Of a stretch of DNA of 13,856 nucleotides, positions 1-5,946 are shown piece by piece (position 1 is the stretch's first letter; each line of letters starts with the position of its first letter). The notes beneath the pieces were generated by a model. That model made no database searches and had not been told where the DNA came from. It saw only the letters and a program-made list of their open reading frames with translations. The position numbers were made by a program, and so were the translations under genes. This DNA is from an uncultured Myxococcales bacterium (GTDB lineage: Bacteria > Myxococcota > UBA4151): NCBI GenBank assembly GCA_964013405.1, contig CAXGWI010000097.1, positions 1-13,856 of the forward strand, written 5' to 3'.

Positions 1-2415
1 GCGCACGAGGGCACTGGCTTGGGTGTTGCCATGTTGGACTCGGTACAAACAACGACCGGTTTGCGATCCGGCGACCAATGAACGCTGAGCTTCCCCCAGA
101 CCGTAATGAATCTCCCCTGCCTCATCGCTCTCGCCAGCGTCCTGCCAGGTGGCACAATCGATCGCCGCCTGATCTTGCCCGAGGTCCACCTCCGGCGTGA
201 TGGAGAGCCCTAAGCCCGGAACCCCACCACCTTCTTCGTTGACCAACTGAAAGGTCAGCAGTTCGCTGAGTGCCGTGCCCGCTCGCAGGGTGATTTCATG
301 GGCCGGGTCTTCGTTTTCTTCATTGCCCAACGGGACCGAGACGCCATCCTGCATCACCCGCAGGTGCAATTCATTGCCCACCGTACCCTCGACCGTCAGG
401 CTGCCGGCGACTTGCCAGTCCCCAAGGCTCGCTTGCACCCCGATCTCGTGCTCCCCCACTCGATCCACCAAGAGGATCTGACTGGTAAAGCGACCAAAGG
501 CATCGGTGCGCCCTTGAGTTCGATCGAGGGCCAACTCAGCGGCGGCGGTCAACGAGACAGCCACCCCCGGCACGCCATTGGCGGTGGCTGCATCCGCCCC
601 ATCGAGGACTTGGATCGTCAGAGTTCCTGCTGTGCCCCCCACTGCCGCTTGCACTCGACCGGAGGGTGCGAGGACCAAAGCGGCAGGACCCCCAGCACTC
701 ACGTTGATGGGCGTCACCGCCTCCACTTCACCATCCAGACTGCGCACCGCCAACAGGATGGGATCGGCTGGGGTCGCTCGGCTTCGCACTGTGAACTGGA
801 GATTCAGGCGGCCCTCGGCATCCACAGCGAGGACCTGCCCGCCCAAGGCTTCATCGCCCGGCAAGCGTAGGGTACCCGCATGGCCCTCGCTGGCGATGGC
901 GAGGCGGAGCTGCAGCGGCTCGTCGGAACCTACGGGGTGAAGAACGGGCACGTCATTGGCATCGAAGGCCGTAACCACGTAGCGTAGTGAATCGTCCGTA
1001 CGGACCGTCTGGGGGTTGGCGGCGTCCGCTGTGATTTCGATGCGGCTGACACTGTCTGCCCGCACTTCCACGGCCACCGAAGCGCTCAGGTCGCCGCCGA
1101 TCTCACGCTCGACCACGGCCCGGATCGCGCTGTCTTGCTGGAAGAGCCGAGTTGGGCAAAGACCCCGGACACTGACTTCACCCTGGGCGTTGGTAATGGC
1201 GAGGGCTGGAGAGACCCCCTCCAATTCGCCGAGGGCCTCGAGACCGACTCGAACCCGGGACACGCCCTCGCCCTCGCTATTTGCGACCTTAAAGCGAAGC
1301 GAATCGGTGGTTCGACCCGGTGGACAGAGCAGAGGCTCTTGATCCACCAGCGCAGTAATCTGGCTCGGCAGCCCGGCAACGGTTTGTCCATTCAATTGAA
1401 AAGCCGCTTCGCCGTGTCCAAAGGGCGCCAAGATCAGCCCCTCGGGCTCAATATAGAGGCTCCAGTCGCCCCGCTCCACGCCCGGTTGCAAACAAAAGCT
1501 GATGCCCCCTTGGTCGTCGGTGACCCCCAGACCCGGGGATTCGGGCGGCTGGGCCTCACTGCAGCCATCGGCCCCGCTGCCAAGCAAGATCGTCGGGGCT
1601 TGGGCGGTGCTGGGGGATTCCTGAGCCCCGCCATCCAGCGAGCCCGTATCGGCGGCGCCAACGTCAGCCCCCCCATCAGCGATCCCTGTATCCCCACTGC
1701 CGATGTCGGCAACGCCCCCATCTTCACCCACAGCGCCGGCATCGGGCGCCGGCTGCTCTGGGGTGACATCCGCGCTGTAGAGCTGCACCCGACGCCCTGG
1801 GAGCGGATTGCCGAAGGCGTCTTCGAGTCTCACCGTGAGCGCCGCCGGCTGGGCTTGGTCGGCCGAGAGGGTCAGCATGCCGGCCAATGGCAGCGGGTCC
1901 TGCTCCCCGGGCTGCCAACTCAGATTACCCACCCCTTCCACATTGAGACGAACCCGGGGCTGCTGGATCTGCGCACCGATGCTCAGGTTCCAACTCCGAT
2001 ACAAAGACGTGCCAGCGGCCGCCGCCATCAGCTTCACGCTGCCTGCACCGCCGGTGGTGTAGAGATAGGTCTCACACAAACCGATTTCATTGCTCGAACA
2101 GCGAGCCCCGGTGGCAAAACTGATCAACTGCTCGAAGCCCTCGGAAACCGAGGACAAACTCAACTCCACATTTTCGAGAACAGCACCGGTGGTGTCTTGA
2201 ACCGTGAAGCTCACCAAATACCCTCGCCCCGCCACCAAGGCGTCGAAAGGCACCGATTCCCCCAGATCACCGATGTCCCGGGCTTCAACGATGCGATCGA
2301 GCAGGATCTCGCCCGGCTGACGCTCGGATTCCTCTTGGCTCAACAACTCCGGCAACGGCTCGGGGCAGCCGGTAAAAAGCAAGCCGGCAAACAAGAGGCG
2401 AGGGATGCACTTCAT
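1..2415 (-). CDS. Large surface lipoprotein with tandem bacterial Ig-like (Big_1/invasin-type) domains; 3' end lies beyond the window (at least 805 aa)
   Basis: Not in the ORF track; translated by hand. ATG at 2415-2413, with no in-frame stop down to position 1. N-terminus MKCIPRLLFAGLLFTG|CPEP is a signal peptide with a lipobox-like Cys. About six Big_1-like units: FTVQDTTGAVLENVEL, TVRLEDAFGNPLPGRRVQL...TDDQG, FKVANSEGEGVSRVRV...TNAQGEV, VVTAFDANDVPV...DAEGRL, IQVLD...NGVPGVAVSL...TDAFGRF, FQLVNEEGGGVPGL...SDEAGEI. GGGAGA lies about 13 nt upstream (weak SD). Confidence 0.85.
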   Translation of the reverse strand, partial: MKCIPRLLFAGLLFTGCPEPLPELLSQEESERQPGEILLDRIVEARDIGDLGESVPFDALVAGRGYLVSFTVQDTTGAVLENVELSLSSVSEGFEQLISFATGARCSSNEIGLCETYLYTTGGAGSVKLMAAAAGTSLYRSWNLSIGAQIQQPRVRLNVEGVGNLSWQPGEQDPLPLAGMLTLSADQAQPAALTVRLEDAFGNPLPGRRVQLYSADVTPEQPAPDAGAVGEDGGVADIGSGDTGIADGGADVGAADTGSLDGGAQESPSTAQAPTILLGSGADGCSEAQPPESPGLGVTDDQGGISFCLQPGVERGDWSLYIEPEGLILAPFGHGEAAFQLNGQTVAGLPSQITALVDQEPLLCPPGRTTDSLRFKVANSEGEGVSRVRVGLEALGELEGVSPALAITNAQGEVSVRGLCPTRLFQQDSAIRAVVEREIGGDLSASVAVEVRADSVSRIEITADAANPQTVRTDDSLRYVVTAFDANDVPVLHPVGSDEPLQLRLAIASEGHAGTLRLPGDEALGGQVLAVDAEGRLNLQFTVRSRATPADPILLAVRSLDGEVEAVTPINVSAGGPAALVLAPSGRVQAAVGGTAGTLTIQVLDGADAATANGVPGVAVSLTAAAELALDRTQGRTDAFGRFTSQILLVDRVGEHEIGVQASLGDWQVAGSLTVEGTVGNELHLRVMQDGVSVPLGNEENEDPAHEITLRAGTALSELLTFQLVNEEGGGVPGLGLSITPEVDLGQDQAAIDCATWQDAGESDEAGEIHYGLGEAQRSLVAGSQTGRCLYRVQHGNTQASALVR
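1627..1743 (-). repeat. Low-complexity D-x-G peptide repeat (8 copies) within the Ig-like lipoprotein
   Basis: Translation DAGAVGEDGGVADIGSGDTGIADGGADVGAADTGSLDGG, with D-x-G recurring about every 5 aa. Confidence 0.8.
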
Positions 2416-2536
2416 TACAGCAGGACGTCTCCCAATCGCCGGAAGGGTATTTCAGTCCCCTGCCCTTGGAAAGGGGCCGTGATGGAGGGGGTTCGTACCG
2501 TAACTCCTTAGGGCAGTGTCTAGCATCGAGACCGCT

Positions 2537-2564
2537 AGCCCCAAGGCAAACAGGTCTTGGGGCT
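2537..2564. other. Intergenic inverted repeat (9-bp stem AGCCCCAAG/CTTGGGGCT)
   Basis: AGCCCCAAG at 2537-2545 is the exact reverse complement of CTTGGGGCT at 2556-2564. There is no U-tract on either strand, so I do not call it an intrinsic terminator. Confidence 0.5.
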
Positions 2565-2644
2565 GAAGCCGGCCCCTACCAATTCCGACGCATCGACGGA
2601 CGCTACGCCCTATCGCTGAGCCCCAAACGAGCCTTCGGTCCTGG

Positions 2645-4036
2645 CTAGAGCCCTAGCAACCGGGGGATGTCCTCTTCGATGGCTCGATCCACCTCGGCTT
2701 GGCGCTCGCCCAGAGCGATCACGTCGAACTTGCCCCGATCCACCAAGGGACCAACGTTGTAGAGGAGATAACGCCCCTGCCCGCTGCTGCGATCGTAGAG
2801 GCTCTCCCCAAAGCGTTCGACCAAGTCCAAGAAGGGCAAGCCCACCAGCGCCTCGCTCATGAAGTCCTGGGCCCGGTACAAAGGCCGTTGCCCCGGAAAG
2901 ATCCGGTCCACGAGGTGCATGGGTGTGCTGGTGCCCCCCCATCGCCCATTGCACTCGGTAAAGTAGATGTCGCCCTCGCCCACCACCAGCAGATCGAAGG
3001 AACAGCGACCGTGATACCCCAAGGCTTGGAAAGCCTCCGCCACGACCAAGCTCGCCCGTCCGATGCGCTCGATCGTCGCCGAATCGAAGCGGGCGGGACG
3101 GCTGCCTAAAAAGACCTTCTCGTCGCCCAACAACAACTGTTCGTAGACCCCATCGAGCCGGGGTTTGCCGGCCCCCAAGGGCGGGATCCACAACTGGGTG
3201 GACGGCGAAAGGTCCGTCTCGAACCAGGCCACCACCTGCACCTTATCCTCACCACACCATTCGGTCGCCGCCAAGAAGTCGGTCACGATGCCACGGGCTC
3301 CGATCGTCTCCAGGTGCTCCGGGCGCACCACCCGATTCCCCATGGCTGAAGCCGAGCGCAAACGCTTCAAACCCACGACGCCGTAGCGGCGGGCCATCTG
3401 CTCGAGAGCCTGAACCGTCTCTTCAAGCCCCTCGCAATCGACGCTCTCTACCAACCAATCGGCCCCCAGCACCAAAGCGACCACCGCATCGAAGGCCACC
3501 TTGTCGTTGGCGATCCACGTCACCGGGGGGGCCGGGGCAACCACCCCAACCTCCTGGCCCGTCGCCCCACGAATGTCAGCGCCCAGGGCCCAAACAGACT
3601 CGATGCCCATGTAGGGATGGATCCGCAGGCCCCCGTGGGCCCGAGTGAAGGCGCAGATCTGTTCAAAGGCCGCCCCATGACGGCAGGCCTCGGCTACCGC
3701 CAACGGGGCTTCACCGGGATCGGCCAAAACAAACTCAGGGCCCGCAAAGCCGAGACGGTTTTGGTTATAGGCCTCGTAGCCATCCGGCGGTGCCAAGACC
3801 GCCGCATACAAGTCTCCCCCCCGAGCACGGACCCGGGCCCGGTGCTGATAGCGGGCCACCCCCGGCACGCCCGACACCCCGGGGATGTCGCTGACATCTT
3901 CCAAATGAAGTTCAGGCCCTTCGCCGCCCGAATCGGCACAGCGCAGAGCCTCGTAGGCTTCGAGGGCTTCGCCGTGATGGCGGGCCTCGGCCCATTCCTG
4001 GAGGCGAGCCCGAGTCTCCCGATCCAACAGGCTCAT
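2645..4036 (-). CDS. Pre-ATP-grasp/ATP-grasp amide (peptide) ligase, Pgm1-like (463 aa)
   Basis: ATP-grasp motifs ANDKVAF, VGLKRLRSASAMGN, SPSTQLWI, GRCSFDLL and the metal-binding E-x-N in FTECNGRWGGTSTP. The N-terminal YQHRARVRARGGDL...YEAYNQNRLG resembles the pre-ATP-grasp domain of Pgm1-like ligases. Start moved from 4054 to ATG 4036, which has SD GGGAGG at 4046-4041 and an ATGA overlap with the rnhA stop. Confidence 0.75.
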   Translation of the reverse strand: MSLLDRETRARLQEWAEARHHGEALEAYEALRCADSGGEGPELHLEDVSDIPGVSGVPGVARYQHRARVRARGGDLYAAVLAPPDGYEAYNQNRLGFAGPEFVLADPGEAPLAVAEACRHGAAFEQICAFTRAHGGLRIHPYMGIESVWALGADIRGATGQEVGVVAPAPPVTWIANDKVAFDAVVALVLGADWLVESVDCEGLEETVQALEQMARRYGVVGLKRLRSASAMGNRVVRPEHLETIGARGIVTDFLAATEWCGEDKVQVVAWFETDLSPSTQLWIPPLGAGKPRLDGVYEQLLLGDEKVFLGSRPARFDSATIERIGRASLVVAEAFQALGYHGRCSFDLLVVGEGDIYFTECNGRWGGTSTPMHLVDRIFPGQRPLYRAQDFMSEALVGLPFLDLVERFGESLYDRSSGQGRYLLYNVGPLVDRGKFDVIALGERQAEVDRAIEEDIPRLLGL

Positions 4037-4515
4037 AGCTCCTCCCGCATCCAAGCCGTCGCCAGGCTGTCCGCATACTCATTCCACAGGGTGCCCCGGT
4101 GACCCCGCAGCCAGCGCAAGTCCAGATTCGGTCGCTCCTGAAACAGCTGGTAGGCCTCTTTGACCAAATCCAGGTTCTCCACCGGGCCCCTCTTGCGCCG
4201 CCAGCCGTTGCGTTTCCAACCCGCTGCCCACTGGGTGAGGGTGTTCACACACAGCTGACTGTCACTCCAGATCACCGCCGAATCAGCCGGATCCATCATC
4301 CGCATGGCCTCGATCAATGCCCGCATTTCCATGCGATTGTTCGTGGTTTTCTCGGCACTGTGACCCCAGCGCTGATCCCGGATCCGCCCGCCTTCAACCC
4401 AGACCACCCCCCAACCACCGGGCCCAGGGTTCGGGCTGGCTGAACCGTCGGCAAAGAGCCCGTCTTGGGGCCCTTCGGTATAGCTCATCAGAACATCGGC
4501 GAGGGTTTGGCTCAT
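4033..4515 (-). CDS. rnhA: Ribonuclease HI
   Basis: RNase HI motifs FADGSASPNPGPGGWG, TTNNRMEMRA, WSDSQL, the basic protrusion WAAGWKRNGWRRK, VENLDL and WLRGH...NEYADSLA. The catalytic D/E/D/H/D residues are present. Confidence 0.97.
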   Translation of the reverse strand: MSQTLADVLMSYTEGPQDGLFADGSASPNPGPGGWGVVWVEGGRIRDQRWGHSAEKTTNNRMEMRALIEAMRMMDPADSAVIWSDSQLCVNTLTQWAAGWKRNGWRRKRGPVENLDLVKEAYQLFQERPNLDLRWLRGHRGTLWNEYADSLATAWMREEL

Positions 4516-4521
4516 GGCAGC

Positions 4522-4550
4522 CTGCTAGGGGCCTGCCCTCTCCCTGTCAA
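4522..4550 (-). promoter_or_regulatory. Putative sigma70-type promoter for rnhA and the ATP-grasp gene
   Basis: Perfect -35 TTGACA (4550-4545), a 17-nt spacer, then an imperfect -10 TAGCAG (4527-4522), 6 nt before the rnhA ATG, in a 44-bp intergenic gap. Confidence 0.5.
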
Positions 4551-4559
4551 TCTCTGCCC

Positions 4560-5873
4560 CTAGGGACTGCGCCCCCGAAGGCAGCGATCAACCGGGTCGT
4601 CGAAGCAGCCGACCCTTGCCAAACAATCATTCAACTGGGGTCCAGTCATCAAGCCGCTGCGCAGACCGCTCAAGGCACATTGCAGCCGCCGTACTTGGGG
4701 AGCCTCAGCGAGCGCATCGGTCCCCGAGCCGGCGCATTGCCCGCTCAAGGCCGCCTCGAAAGACGCGCAGTCGCTGACGATCTGGGGCAAGACCTCCCCT
4801 AAGCAGCCTTCGAGGGGCCAATCCCCATCGCAGCGACTGCGGGCCAAACAGGTACTAAAATCGAGAGACTGGCGCTCACTCAAGGACTGCCGCAAGGCCA
4901 CACAGTGCTCAGCGCACAGGGCCGAGTCGGCGCCGCAGCGACCGCATGCTTCTCGACAGGGATCGGCCAGGGGCATGGCATCCACCGGGCTCACCGCCGG
5001 CTGTAGGCAGTGCTGAATGTCTGGACAGTGCCCCCCAGCCGCCTCGAGGCAGCGCCCAACTTCGAGAACCCGCTGTTCCCCGCTGGCCGTGGTGAGCCCC
5101 ACGAGGGCCATGAGACAGTGCCCCCCCACCTCCGGGCCGCAGCGCTCCGCTTGGGCACAGACCTGGCGAATGTCCTCTCGGCGCTCCAGCCGATCTCGGG
5201 TCTCGACGAGACATTGGTAGAAGCCGGCAAAGCCACAGGCCTCGGCCCCCGCCATACAGGCGACCATCTGCCCGCCGCCGAGCCCGACCTGGTCCTGGGG
5301 ACTCCGCCAGGCTTCGCATTCCCAAAGATCCCGCCAGAGCGGCTCAAAGCGCTTGGGCTCACAACGCTGCCGCAGCAGCGCTGCCTCCAGACAATCCTGG
5401 CTGCCTTGAGGCCCCATGAAATGGCTCGGGTGGCAATCCACCGGCTCACCGGCTTGGCAGCGCTCCAGACCACAGCGCAGCCAGGCTTGCTGGGCCGCCG
5501 GTAACATCTGCCCCAAGCGCCCCACACAGGTGGCAACACAGTCCGCTTCGTCGGCTAAGAAGTCGAGCCCACAGACCACCCGCTGGGGCCGCCGGCAAAG
5601 CTGGGCACAAGGATGCTGGTCCGTCTGGTCGTCGAGATCATAGCCCCCATCAAAGACGGCAACATTGGCTTCGCCACCGGGATCTTCACCGCCGTCCACC
5701 AGGCCCTGGAAACCGATATCTGGCGAAGACCGCCCGCCACCGTTGCTGCCGCCGTCAACGGTCTCACCGCCGACACCGCCATCGGGTATGCGTTGGTTCT
5801 CTGCGGTCACCGCGAGATCCTCGGCGGCACAGGCCGAGACCACCAGCAAGAAGGAGATCGATAAGGGACGCAT
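4560..5873 (-). CDS. Cysteine-rich lipoprotein of unknown function (437 aa)
   Basis: Start reassigned to ATG 5873: MRPLSISFLLVVSA|CAAED has a signal peptide and the lipobox VSAC. A D-x-G linker follows, then repeated helical-looking Cys clusters (e.g. PCAQLC...CVATC...CGLERC, PCREACGRC...CAEHC...CLARSRC). Confidence 0.8.
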   Translation of the reverse strand: MRPLSISFLLVVSACAAEDLAVTAENQRIPDGGVGGETVDGGSNGGGRSSPDIGFQGLVDGGEDPGGEANVAVFDGGYDLDDQTDQHPCAQLCRRPQRVVCGLDFLADEADCVATCVGRLGQMLPAAQQAWLRCGLERCQAGEPVDCHPSHFMGPQGSQDCLEAALLRQRCEPKRFEPLWRDLWECEAWRSPQDQVGLGGGQMVACMAGAEACGFAGFYQCLVETRDRLERREDIRQVCAQAERCGPEVGGHCLMALVGLTTASGEQRVLEVGRCLEAAGGHCPDIQHCLQPAVSPVDAMPLADPCREACGRCGADSALCAEHCVALRQSLSERQSLDFSTCLARSRCDGDWPLEGCLGEVLPQIVSDCASFEAALSGQCAGSGTDALAEAPQVRRLQCALSGLRSGLMTGPQLNDCLARVGCFDDPVDRCLRGRSP

Positions 5874-5946
5874 CACAACCCAGTTCAGCACGGTCGCGCC
5901 GACTGCACAAAAGCTTCCGTGCGCCACCTCACGGCCCAGGCCTCGC

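Noticed and set aside
2428..2462. Minus-strand GGGGACTGAAATACCCTT resembling part of a TPP riboswitch
   Set aside because: The CTGAGA motif is imperfect, the following ACCTGAT...TAATGCC/AGCG core is absent, and no thiamine-related gene follows.
1135..2511. 458-aa plus-strand ORF (and 298-870 in the same frame)
   Set aside because: Antisense shadow, in codon register with the minus-strand Ig-repeat lipoprotein. The translation has no recognisable motifs, and such shadows are common in GC-rich DNA.
2543..2580. GGCAAAC...AAGCC resembling a c-di-GMP-I (GEMM) riboswitch
   Set aside because: It lacks the GNRA-capped P2 stem and the GACGCAAA segment, and it lies on the strand opposite to the downstream gene.
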